Part shown: positions 11,631 to 24,350 of the stretch, one piece after another
Numbering within the stretch: the stretch's first letter is position 1
Layout of the letters: each line of letters begins with the position of its first letter
Source of the DNA: Styela clava
Taxonomy: Eukaryota
Direction of reading: 5' to 3'
Assembly: GCF_964204865.1 (NCBI RefSeq)
Contig: NC_135264.1
Coordinates: 2,046,001-2,110,000 of the forward strand
DNA: 64,000 nt
The notes under the pieces: generated by a model
What the model saw: the letters and a program-made list of their open reading frames with translations, nothing else
What the model was told of the DNA's origin: nothing
The model's database searches: none
Translations under genes and position numbers: made by a program

Positions 11631-13207
11631 TAAAAACGTTCAGCAACTTCAAAAATCAGTATATATATCAGTTCAGTTACCTCAATGGGAACAATGTACC
11701 TGTATATCGCTTGAAAGTGGACGCTTACGGTAATTATTGTTCCAAAAATATATGAACGAGTGTCCAATGAGCCGGAATAACGGAAAACTTCAGAAGATTT
11801 GGTAACACAGCGCAAGGCATCGTATGAAAACCACAGTGTAAAAATCCCATAGATTAGAATTATAACGGTTTATTGGCTAAACATATACGGACTTGTTTGA
11901 AAAATAGGAAGGAATATACGTTAACGATATCGGTACAAATAATTCGAATTTAGACTAATTAGTATTGGTTTTACATGCGATACGTCTGCCATCAATAGGA
12001 ATCAGCGGGAAACGAACGCATTCACCTTCAGTAAGAAGGCTAGCGCTGCGCTACACAGAAACAACAGTAACGAAAACATGTTTGTGTATTATGCTGGAAA
12101 AGCCGGACTTTTGGCTGACTTATCGGGACGGCGGGACAAAACGCTGAAAAGCGGGACTGTCCCGCCCAAAGCGGGACGTATGGTGAGCCTAATTATGCTT
12201 GAACTTGTTATTTTGTGTTTGACTGATCGAAACGATTCAAAATTATGTATGAAACTTCTGAATACGTAATATTGCAATGGTGCGATGTGGAAGGGGACAC
12301 GTAGCCTACTCGTAGATTTTAAACACGTGCGCGATTTAAGCGCTTTCGAAACTGATCGAAACCTAAAGTGTGATTTCTCAGCCAAGACACCGCATGGCAA
12401 TCAATGGCATATAATATATACATATACTTGTCAAACGCCAAATGAAGCGAATTTTATATTCGATAACCAAGCAGCTACACTGGTACAAAAAACAAACCAA
12501 CATAATTTCTCGCAGCCTGGCAAAAAAATCAGGTTCATCTACCAGCGAGTGGAACACTGGTTTAACCTGCAGTTACCTATGAATGAAAAGATATTTATCG
12601 CAGAGCTAAGGTCAATTACTCATTCTGATGTAACATGATAAAAATAAGTTATAAAAATGGGAATGTTATTGGGGCTCGGAACACTCTCAATCAATTGCAT
12701 ATAGCCTACTAATACCGGTACCCGCCAACAAGCTGGGTACTAGCAACAAGTTTGAGTTACGGTCACATGAATGTTTTACCGAGCAATTTTGACACCGCTT
12801 GGACGATAAATGGTCGAGTTATTGCTGAAAATAAGGCCATTTTTTCCGAAGTTAGGCATTTTCCGGTACTTGTCGACCAGCACAAATTTCACTTTCCAGC
12901 TTCCCTAGTCACTGCTGTGCGCATGTTTGACAGAAATCAGGCGACCCCGAAAAATCTTAACGCGACCTCACACTTTCCTACTAGTATACGACCCCTTATG
13001 GTTGTAAATTTTATTTGAAAAATATGGAGCATATCGAAATCGTTCTAAGTTACAGTAATGATACAACAAAAAATCAATTCTAGTTCAGGTAGGTCTTCAT
13101 CAGCCAAGCTGTTATAAAACCATGTAAGCTGTGAATTTTAATAATTTTCGTCAACTTTCAATTGAACACAGTCAATAGTACTTTGTTGTGTTAAAGCTGG
13201 AACAGCA

Positions 13208-16186
13208 TTATAGGAATGTCGTCGGCTCCATTCGACTGTTTAGCGTTGAATGTGGATGTATCGTCTCGTTTTCATTTACCTCAGTGATAGGTTCAATATA
13301 TTTGAAGTCAGTATATACGTTTTCGTCATCTTCATATCGGAAGTTACTGAATCCTTCTTCAAAATTTTTTGCTAAGTCTTTAACTGATTTTCTTTTTCGA
13401 TATGGTGGAATTTCATTAATTTGTTCTTCCAAACTCCTCTGACGTTGCGAGTGGCGTATATTGGCTGCTAATTGTGACTTGCTTTTGGACTCTTTTAGTG
13501 TTTGACGCGTTTCATCATTACTGGCTATTGTGTCATTAAAATTACATTGCCGTCCTCTCCCTTTTTGTTTTGATTCTCCCCTGGTACCATCGTCATTTTC
13601 ACGTGTTTTTGTTATCTTTTTACGTCGATTTCGTTCATTCCTAACATCCGAAATCTGATGATTTGACTCTCTGGGAACTCGAGGCTTAGGAACTGGCAAT
13701 TCTGATTGAACTGGGCTAATTTCTGAGTCATCAACAGTCTGTTTTTCTATCATATTTTGCATTGCCTTCGAGGAGGGCCGTGAGGTTGACCTCCTTTTTG
13801 ACTTCACTTTGTTTGGTCTTTGTTTATCCTTGTATATTCGTGGTTCTATTTCATTCATTGCGTTTGTATCAATATCTAGTCCTTGAGATATATCTAAAGC
13901 AGAAGGATTTCTTACTTGTGAAAAATTCAATATTATTTAAGCATTAATGCAATCGTGATTTTTTTCGTATTCCTGTATTCAGTACCACCGTTGCATTTGT
14001 TAACTATGAAAATAGCTTTCGCGTGTACACGCGATCCTTAAACCTGTCATCTCCTTCAATTCTGGCGAAGTCTGAGTGTCCTCTACGAGTTGATAAGGTG
14101 GAGGAGGACCTGATCGAATAAACAAGAATTTATTATTAAAAATACGTCTGCATGATTTGGGTAGCTGAAGCAAGTATGTTTGGTACCTGTGTCATTCGAT
14201 TCAACTGATACGTTTCTAGCCTCTCCTACTTCTGCTTGAATAAAAGCATTATTGTCTTCCCCATATTCAGCCCGTTCCAACATCAGTCGAGCTTTGCTCA
14301 TTTTCTATCGAATTGCAAAAATAATTTAACAATATTTATCCAAATGGTCGGGCGAAAGTTTTAGATAAATAAATACCTTTGACGTATATGTGTGGACTTT
14401 TTCTTTTCCAGTGTCTACATCAACGGTTACTATTCCACCAAGCGTTCGAATATCGGTTCTGAGTGAATAAATAAACTTTGAAATGAAAAAATTATTAGAA
14501 TGATATGTATATATGCCATTTTTGTGAGGCTTCGATACTATAAAAAATGTCTGAGGAAGTCTGACTTTGATGAGACGAAACGTTACATGAACATATTTGT
14601 GTTAGTGTGCAGCAAGACTCTTGTATCAATAATAGAATAACGTTTAACTTGTGTTCATTACAACGTCATCATACTTGCTCTTTCTGTCGCATTCCAAACT
14701 TGTTTCTCCTTTTTCTTCATCCACATTTTGGATATCCATAGAGTTTTTTTCTGTGGTCGAATCCCTATTATTTGGCTTACGTCTCCTGCTGAAAATTTTT
14801 TTACGTCGGGCATACTCTGCAATTGCGATGAAAGCCAATAATGCCACGACCCCAGCACATACCCCAGATATCAATGGTCCGAACAGGAATTGAACAGCAG
14901 CAGATGTGTCATCTGCCGGACCAATATCACCCGCGTTAAGAGATAGCAACTTCTTGACAGAATCTACAACAAATATGCATTACATTATTTTTCATACAAC
15001 ATTTAGTGATTACTATGGATGAAGTTTACTACATCTTTTTAAAAGGTCTCTTATTTTTTTATTTTACCCTATAGTCATTCGCGTCCGTGGATGGATAAAT
15101 AGATATCCACAATTTTGAAGTATTATATCGGATTTTACAACCGTTATAAATCGCATTATTACATTTCCTTTTATAATGCACGCGCCAACGGCATAATGAG
15201 CATCTAATTGTCACTTTCACTAACGCGGTCATTGATGTATTGCCCATTAATTTTATGTTTGTTCCCGTAGCGAATCTTCTAACGAAATAATCCCCGCAGG
15301 ATATTTGCTCAATGTTGAAATATTTGCTTACGTTTAAGAGATCAATTACAGTAATTATGTGATTTATCATTTTTAAAGATGAATCTGATCGTAAAACAGT
15401 ACATTCTATAGTAGTTCTCAACCTGCAATGTTATATGTATAAACAAATAAGATTTACCCGGACATCGAGTTGCATTGCAGTATTCAACGAACTGTTCACC
15501 GCCAACAAAACACCATAAACCCTTTTCGTCATTGTCCGGATTTCGACAGTAATTATGAACCCCTATTCCAAGTTCTCCCAATTTGAACCTCAGGTTTTCA
15601 TCAGTCGTCCAGGGTTGACAAATAGTTCCAGTTTTCGTCAAACTTAATTTTCCCCGATAGTTGAGTCCATTGTCAAAAAAGCAGTAATGATTGTCTGTAT
15701 GTATGGAAAACGATAAAATTGATGTTCAAATTATTTTTATGTCACTATAAATTTAATATTTCAGTTTTATGACTTTAATTGTTTTCTTTTTGACTAACAT
15801 AACTGCCAAAGTAATCTCGTTATCTGATACGAAAAGTGAATGCCGTGTGAAATTATTTTACAAATCCTACGCCAAACATTGCATTTATTCCCGATCCAAC
15901 CCAAGGTGCAAGCACAACTTCGTAATTTTTTATTCCAAATTCCTCCATTTTCACACTTGATTATTTCATCTTCTTTGTCATCAGTTTTCTGTTCTCTTTT
16001 GACACGTCGGTTACTTTGAGTATATTTGAAACTTCTATGATCCAATGAAACGATGGCAAAAAGGACAAAACTGAAGATGCTGCATTGAAAATGGAAGTTA
16101 TAAAGATTGCTAAATGTGTGTATGAAAAACGCATTGCTTGTGGAAGATATAAATTAACTCAATACTCACCAGATGCAAAATTTCAT
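13208..16186 (-). CDS. EGF- and kringle-domain type I membrane protein with a long disordered cytoplasmic tail, about 567 aa
   Basis: complement(join(16186..16170,16079..15871,15694..15458,14963..14675,14458..14377,14304..14187,14109..14044,13893..13208)), GT-AG and phase-consistent (1704 nt). Signal peptide MKFCICIFSFVLFAIVS; RRVKR; EGF CENGG..CACTLGWIGNKC; kringle NYRG..CQPW..HNYCRNPDND..WCF..EYC; TM LISGVCAGVVALLAFIAIAEY then RRKK. The exon 2 donor and last acceptor have in-phase alternatives. Confidence 0.8.
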
Positions 16187-17479
16187 GATAAGTTTTCTTC
16201 TCTCAACTTTCCGCTTTTCCATATTCCATTTATTAGAGTCCATAATTTTTCTTTTTGAGGTTTTATTCTAATGTAGTTATCTCTATAGACATATTTCAGT
16301 CTAAAAATACATTGAAGCATCCCTATATATGTATATATATGAATATTTTAAATATTCATGCGTTTACTCAACGACTAATAATTCTATTCAGGAGATCTAC
16401 TCTCAAGTCGGTGTGCTTCAGAAATGGGGTATCATATATTGTAATTCACGTCTGTCCTTTCCTCTCCAGACTTATAACTCTGAAATGCACTTGTGATATA
16501 TTTCTAACCAGCCTAGCAGTCACCTCCACTTAAGCATAATCCTTAAACTATTCAAAATCACAGTATTAATTTTGAAAATCTGCTTTTAATCTTCAACGTT
16601 GCAACGTTAACTTGCGAAAAACATGCTTAACTCAGCCCGTTTCTTTGTGACAATAAAACAAATTGGTAATTTAAAACTAGGCTATATAATTTCCATCAGG
16701 TGCTCAGTTCATACCCCGAGGCTACATTTTATTTTCGGTCGTCTGTCAGGTTTCTAGTGCCCTTTGCACTTGCACTGCCAGGAAACAGATATCACAACTG
16801 TATGTAGGGTTCTGTTTTTATCAATTCTAATAAAAACTGTCTGTGTTAAAACAAGAGCTTGTATCTTTTGTATTGTTTTATTGAAAGACCCCTTGCATTG
16901 CCGTGAAATAACGCCAAAATGTTGCGTATGTTCTGACAGCTGCTTACGCTGCCGGAATCGTAATTTTAAAAATGTAAAAAAAATTAATGCTTGAACTTTT
17001 CACTTTTATCACGTAACTTTATCGCCAAGTTAGTACCTACACCACAGTCATAGGATTTTAACAAGAATGTTTATCCGATATATCAGGGAGACGTTTAGAG
17101 TAAGAAACGGCAGGAAAAATCATGAAAAATAGCCCATGACCTTACTAAAAAAAATTCATTAAAATAAAGGCTTTATTACGGTAAGGACTGTTCAGTTAGT
17201 TTAAATTACCATACTTTGTTTTTAAAGTTAACGGGATAGAGTTCAAAGTTATAGAAATTCTTTTATTCGGTCGTATTTTAATCTTTTTCATCTTTCAAAC
17301 GATAAATATTTGGAAATATCAACCTGAACAAAAAATACGAGATCTATAAAGTTTTAAACTGACATCATTCTGGAACGAGCCTTCATAGTTTAAAAACAAT
17401 TTAAAATTGGTTGCCAAGGCCCTCGTGGTTTGAGATTCTAGGTTTATTGAGATTCCTACCTTGCCTAACAGTATATATA

Positions 17480-17610
17480 ATAGACCCTGGTTCGAATCTC
17501 ATGAGTGATGTGACAATGTGCAAGATGATTGCTGGACTCCTCGCCGTCGCACGGTGGTTCGCGTAATGGATAATCGTCTGCGTCTTCCTCCGCCAACCAC
17601 TGTGCGGGGC
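17480..17610 (+). mobile_element. tRNA-derived SINE-like repeat copy
   Basis: B-box-like GGTTCGAATC at 17489-17498, followed by the core shared with 8860-8912 (minus strand). Confidence 0.6.
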
Positions 17611-20188
17611 TGCGGGCGCATTGCGCTACAGATTGAGAAGGCGAATATGGGCAAGTCATCAATATTTGTGCCGTTTGGAAGGGTTTATTGCGAATAAGAA
17701 GCGATTGGCAAGTTTGTACATCCATTTTCGTGTTTTTGTTTAGACCTATTTAATATAAAAAAATCAAATAATACAGCCATTCAAAAATACAGCCAAAAAA
17801 CTTGATTTAAAACAATTGTTTTAAAACAATTCCCTTTGAACAAATTCCCAACCGCGTGGCAAAATTTCTATTACTTTTAAATCAATTATAACGTATATAC
17901 ATTTTCCCAATCAGAAAAATTTGAAATATTTGCTCTTGTATTGAAATGTATCGTTTGTAACAGCATTGTCGCCTGTCGTTGGCAGAATGGCGGCAGACCA
18001 TGGTCGAACGATGGTGATAAAGTATTGCTGAAAAACGGTCAATATTTTCGTGCATAAATCTTCATCAACTAACTGGGGCCTTGAAGATTTGTTAATAAAT
18101 CTTTGCGCTGCTGCTTAAAAGATTTCGAATAGTATAGTTGCGGAGTTTAACGCACTGGCTTTTCACAAAAAATATCCTCAATATCTTAGTTTCCAAGAAT
18201 ACTTCTGAGGAATTATAATTTCCCAGAAACATATCTCGGAACCATACCGAGAAAGTCAATATATCAAATGTAAAGTATATATATATATATATATATAAAT
18301 AAATATTAACTACTTGGGTTCATTATGGAACCGATTTGTACCAACTCCAGAATCTTATATAGCAATGCTACTCAACTGGTGTACTGCGGTCTGAATTTCA
18401 AGCATTCAATTAGGACCGCATCTGTTATGTTAATTAAGGAGCATTGGCCACGTTGAGTTTGAGTTTTTTTGAAACTTTATAGTTTTATAGTATTTGTATC
18501 CTTTGATCATATATGCACTCAACTATTTATAAACAAAAAGAATCGTGAATCCAAAATGATGGTATCACGAATAACCAACCCTGTCTTGATTATCAAAAAA
18601 TTACCTGGCAGAGAGCTACAATGTCCATAGAAGGTTGTCGAATATTTCAATTTCCTCAGATATCACAATTCGTTTTTCTGTTAATTTTCAACCCCAAAGC
18701 ATTGAAATATATTTAGAGTCACTAAGAAATATATATATTTGAAATGACATGACCCCGATAATTTTGAAGTTTTGCTAACGATACTTTGAGGGAAATAGTC
18801 GCATATCACTGTTATATAACATAAAATCTCAAGGTATTAGCTAGCTTCACAACAGATTAGGAAAAATAGAAATTGTAGCTTCGTGCCACGCTAGTTTGTT
18901 TCCAATTTTTTCTCGAATATTTCTGCTTGCTTTTCTGTCGATAGTTTTTTCCGCCAAATCTGTAAACACATCAAGGAAGATATTATCAACGAAGATAACT
19001 ATAGACAAAATAAACACCTAATAAAGATATAGCCTACATTCAAATATTTTGATAACAACTTCAACTTAAATTTATATCGAGAATCTACGCAACGTTAATG
19101 AGTAATTTGTGCAGGAACAATGAGTATGATTTCATTTCATTATATAAAATAGTATTGAACAGGTGAGGTGATTAAGCATACTATATATATAAGCATAAGC
19201 TGGCATAAAAATTTCAGACAGAAATTCTCAGTAACATGAATAAAACGCGTAACTTTAAAAACTCATAGACAATTTCATAGACCATTTGAATTTTATATCT
19301 GGCCCTCGTCAACGTCAGTATTCATGAACGGGGAATTTAAGATCCACCGTTTAATATTAGGCAAACCAGAATTATTTAGTTGAAACGTTGTCCTATATTG
19401 GAGAAGTGTAACACGGACTAAATGTTTTTCTACTCGATTCAAATTGTAGAGGAAAAATTGGAAATGTATTTGATACAATTGAACAACAAGACTGTAACAT
19501 CCTCAGTCCACGGGTATTCCATTTATTTGCTAAGAAAAAGAAAACGTAATTGAAAAAAAATGTAAAGGGGAAAAGTTTATGTTTCTACCGTTCAATCTGT
19601 TTCAATGGCCAAACCTGCCCTTATATTATCAATATATATGCAAGAAGATAAGCTTTCGTTGAATGTTATAAATTACTGACCATACTAATATTCGATAGAT
19701 TAGTTATCTTGGCTCCGTTTTGATAAACTCCTCTATTTATTAGTCACATTTTTAACCATTTCGATAAACAAGAAACGCTTTCGTGCAAGTAAATACAAAC
19801 TTGCAAGTTGATAGTCTCAAGTATGTAATGTTTATTGAGATTTGAGATGAATTGTCAAGAGCGTAGCCAGCCCAAAACTTTGAGGGGAAAACTTCCTTTG
19901 CAAATGACGTAATACGACGCTTACTCGTGATTTTTGCTCCGGAAAAAAGCCAGATAAAAGCTGTTTGTAAGCTGTTTCTGTTTGTAAGGTAGCTAGCACA
20001 CTGAGCACAGCCATTAGAGTTTCAAATCCTATTATAGATTTTGCTCGCTTACCTGGTTGCACTCTCTCTACTGTTTGTTGCATTCGAATCAAAATAGATT
20101 TACCCATTTATTAACAAACTTCATTCAGTCGCTCAGTATATTCCAAATATCACTGTTTAGCTTATGATATTTTTGTGATCACCTAGTC

Positions 20189-22108
20189 CAGTGATTCCCA
20201 AAGTGGGCGATATCTCCCCCCGGTAGGCGAAAACGACACAGAGGGGGGGCGAAAAAGTCGAATGGGGGCGATTTCGCGAAACGTGTATTTGTTCAGCACA
20301 TCGTGCACTTGATTACTGTACTCTGCGTCCTTCATAGGTTTGATTCACGTAGACGATTATCACACGCGAAAGGATTGCTGGACTGGTATCCGCAGTAAGG
20401 TACGGTAGTTTGCGAAACCCAGTGGTCGGCAAAATACGGCCGAAGTAAAATAATCTGGCCCGGGACGCTTCACTGAATGGGCTTTTCCGCGACCTTTGAC
20501 CCTGGGAAATTTTCTCTATACTTTCCAATTTTCAAAGTTTCGGTGCTTATTTTAAGATTGGTTTCGCGAGTTGTCGCCTGTAACATGAGGTTTTTGTTTC
20601 AAACTATCATTCTAATTCATACCATTCAACAATCTGTTTTTTAAAGTACCGGTAAAGAATTTTAGTCTAGTCTATCACAGCTATTTCTACACTAATTTTT
20701 GATTACTGGAATTAAACTGAAACTCCTAGGAAAACAGAGTGATCATTGAATTACCTGCTTTATATTTAAATTTCCGAAACACAACACAACACAACGCGAA
20801 AATGAGGTGTATTGTGTGCGACTACGCCTGAAAATCTGTCTGAGTGAGAAAAGTGTCTGAGCGGATGCGAAAGGGGGCATTGTTACCGTAAGTTTAATTC
20901 TGCATCTTGCTGATTGGCCAATGTCACGAAGTAAACATGGAAGTCTATGCCCGGGGAAACATCCATTATACAGACAAAACTCCGGTTTTGACGATGAATT
21001 AATTTTTATTTATAATCTACGCTCGAAGAGTGAATCAGTGAATTTTTGTAAGAATGTATCTCCTTAAAGAAAATCTCTAGCAAAATTTCACAAACCATGC
21101 GAAAATATTCACTTCGATGTCCGGAGGTACATATTTGTGCAAACAATTATTTTGGAAATTATTACATTACAGAGAACAAGCAAAGAACTAGGATTAGTGA
21201 TGCCCATTTAGAAAATGTTCCAATCTTAGCGTCGTAAAGCTATCAAGCGTGATGCAGCAACAAGACAGTGTCACACTAAATGTCATTGTAATTATTTTTT
21301 AATAAGACGACTGAGTTGAGTTCATGAGCTGTCGTGTCGCAGTTTTCGCGCGCTGTTCCATTTTCAACTTTCAAAAAATATATGCGACCCGCAAAAGACT
21401 AGCAACCCTTAATTTTGCACCGTGATCGACATAAAATTCGCCGACCCCTGGGCCGTAGTCGATAGTCGGTCACGACTTTTTTCACATCCGAGTCCATGAA
21501 TCTAAAACAAATGACTGATTTATTCTACGGAATGGTGATCGGACTGTGGAGGCCTCGGATGAAGAATTGAGGATGAATTTTACCGAAGATCGTTATATAT
21601 CATGTATTTCGGTGCAGATCATCAGGCTGTAGGGATGAATGAGATGTACGAAAATTATTATTATAATTTTGGGAAAATTACCTTTGTTTTATTATTTTAA
21701 TTTGCAATGGGGTGAATATTTAGGGAGTTAAGTGCTTTAGTTTAGGCCAAGTACACGGAGGTTTTTGAGAAGAACCCTGGATTCTTTCATTTCCGAACTC
21801 TTATATGATGAAAAAAGGGTTTTCAGCCGTGCTACTATTGCTATCAAAACAACGTAATCGCCTTTCCATCAGTAAATGGGTCGATTTTAGATTGTGTCTG
21901 ACGAGAATGTCTCCAAATAATGAAAAACTCGATAAAAAGCACCAAGCTCATCCATCTCATTAAAACACACCATAAACTATGATTTGTCGTCCTATTTGGT
22001 CTGTAATATATTCGTTTCTAACTTTACATTTTTTTGTAGTGCCGGGGGCGATGAAGTTGTATAAACTACTACAGGGGGGCGATGGTGCAAAAAGTTTGGG
22101 AACGACTG
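20189..22108 (+). mobile_element. Degenerate hAT (Charlie/Buster-type) element, about 1.9 kb, with a nested MITE fragment
   Basis: TIR cagtgattcccaaa / tttgggaacgactg; gggggcga subterminal motifs at both ends; flanks acctagtc / actagtc; no intact ORF. Confidence 0.65.
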
Positions 22109-22115
22109 ACTAGTC

Positions 22116-22601
22116 CATAGGTTCTCAAAGTGCTCAGTACGGAGCCCCAGGGCTTTGCAAAAAAAACAGGGGCTCCGCGAGCTATTCGATTACTTTTTAA
22201 AATAGGCCTACTGACTAATTTTGTAACTGTTCAAAGAAGCAATAACAGCTTTGATAAAATCTAACAACAATATAGCCTCGACATATGGCAAAGAGGCGGA
22301 ATTGAAAATGACATTATCTATAAGCAGGAGCGCAGCCAGGATTTTTAAGAGGGAGGTGGTTCAAAATTGGAATCAGAAATTTCCGCGCCCATCATTCGGG
22401 ATTAGAAAAAAGGGATAACGAGATATCTGTTGCGTAAAATATTCAATCCGTGAGCGGTTCAGCATTTAAATTGAGTAAAGTACTTTTAACTTGCTCAGGA
22501 ATATTAATCTGAAAGTAACAATTTTAACATTTATTTTGGGGCTCCGTGAATAATAGTCAACATTTTCAAGGGTTCCGCAACACCAAAACTTTGAGAACCG
22601 G
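22116..22601. mobile_element. hAT-type MITE directly abutting the previous element
   Basis: Termini ggttctcaaagt / actttgagaacc; internal ggggctccg motifs. Confidence 0.6.
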
Positions 22602-23797
22602 GATAAATATGTAAATCCTATCCTAACCCCTGGCCTAGTCTGCAACCGAATAGAATGCCTTGTCGCCGATGTGAAATAGCGTACTTTCCACTGGATAGCG
22701 CTGTGGAGCAATTATGCATAACAACAAAAAATTGATGACAGAACGAAGAACGCTAAACTCTAATACACACGGCTGGCATAATTATTTACACATTTAGACC
22801 TATTAAAGGTCCCCCATTCGTATATTTTGAATTATTGAGTAAAATTTAAAATATAACAATAAAGTTGTCGCTGCCATAATATTTACAAATACGATCAATT
22901 TATGGTTAAAGTCAATGTGAAAGGTACGAAGGACTCAATAATACAATCAAACGAACATTCGAAATAAAATTATTTACAAAAAAAGAACTCTGGTTAATAA
23001 AAGGATTCGCAGGCTTTTCCATTGGATTGAATAGTACACATTCTTGTTTCCCATGGGACACGTGGGGTAATTAGGACAAGCGGGACACGTAAGACAATTG
23101 GGACAATTTGATATAAGATTTCGTTTTGTGAGTTAACAAAATTAACATTATGACCGTACTGGCGCGGATTTAGCATGATAATGAGGTGACGAGGTAGCAC
23201 GATCGTACATACACACAGTCAAAGTTAGAAAGTGTTGGGCGTATAGCGCAAAACAAAGCTCTACGAGCTGGGAATCCCGACCCCCCCCCCGATGAGCCGC
23301 GAAAGGGCTCAAGAAGATCGCGTTAAAATCTTTTTAGGCCTTAATCTATGTTAAAACAAAATATCGATCAAATTTGGAACCAGCATTCAGACCCACCATC
23401 ACTGAGTGTCCCAAGTTGTCTGGCCAAGTTCTTGTCTACTGAGTTCCTATTTAGTCAAAATTTCGTAGCGGAATTCGAAGTTGCCGTAGACATTCCGTTA
23501 TCTATAAAGAATGTTACCAAAAAGGAAACGAAACCTTTTCACGCTGAAAAAAAAGAGTAAATCTTCGAATGTGAAAACACGCACCAGCCGCGTGATAACT
23601 ACTTTTTGATGTTATTGTCGCTGTATCGATTATTTTTTTGTTAATACCGGCAATGTTTTATCGTCAATCCATTGTCAGTATGATAAACGATAAAAATGAT
23701 CACATAATAATTTAACTTCGTTTTACTTCTTACTTTAAGCAACTTTAAACAATTCCACTGATTTATAATGGCTTGCTGGGATTCACGTACCATTTAT

Positions 23798-24027
23798 GGT
23801 ACTCCCGAAGTATGTGAACCAAGATGGCGGATACCGGAACGTAGTATGTGTACCAGGTTAGGCCATAAATTTATTCCAATTATCTTTATTTTAGTTCTAT
23901 TACGAGTTCGGGGACTAGTCAAGTGACTCATGTAGTATTCGTAACTGAAATTATGGCCTACGCCTGACTTGGTACACATACTACGTTCCGGTGTCCGCCA
24001 TCTTTGTTCACATACTTCGGGAATACC
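23798..24027. mobile_element. Long-TIR MITE related to family A
   Basis: About 60-bp inverted arms with about 4 mismatches; the core shares sequence with family A. Confidence 0.8.
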
Positions 24028-24180
24028 CTATTTATTACACGCTATATCACGGCCAAATAAGAACGAACCAGGGTCCCATCATGATATGCATTGCCTGGTG
24101 TAGCAGATAAGTAGGTGGTTACTCATTTTGCATTATTGTCTCATGATACAAATATCACTTCCTATATAAGGAAAACCAGA

Positions 24181-24350
24181 GGTTCCCGTACAGTTGAACC
24201 TACGACAACTGCACCTGCATTCTATTACACATATTGGAATTTTTTGTTTTGCGGATATTTGAACCCATACTAACCCTAACCCATGGGTTTTAGCACCCGC
24301 ACATAGATTGAACCCTCGGATATACACATGGGTTCAAATGTACGGTCACC
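24181..24350. mobile_element. Short MITE
   Basis: TIR ggttcccgtacagttgaacc / ggttcaaatgtacggtcacc; central taaccctaaccc. Confidence 0.6.

Noticed and set aside
15059-15421. 120-aa sense ORF inside the EGF-kringle gene
   Set aside because: No recognisable domain. The nearby acceptor would need a 35-nt intron and gives an immediate stop, whereas the kringle exon splices in phase directly to the TM exon.
17489-17500. GGTTCGAATC (and ggttcgattcc at about 10322) as tRNA genes
   Set aside because: No cloverleaf can be folded; better explained as SINE heads or chance.
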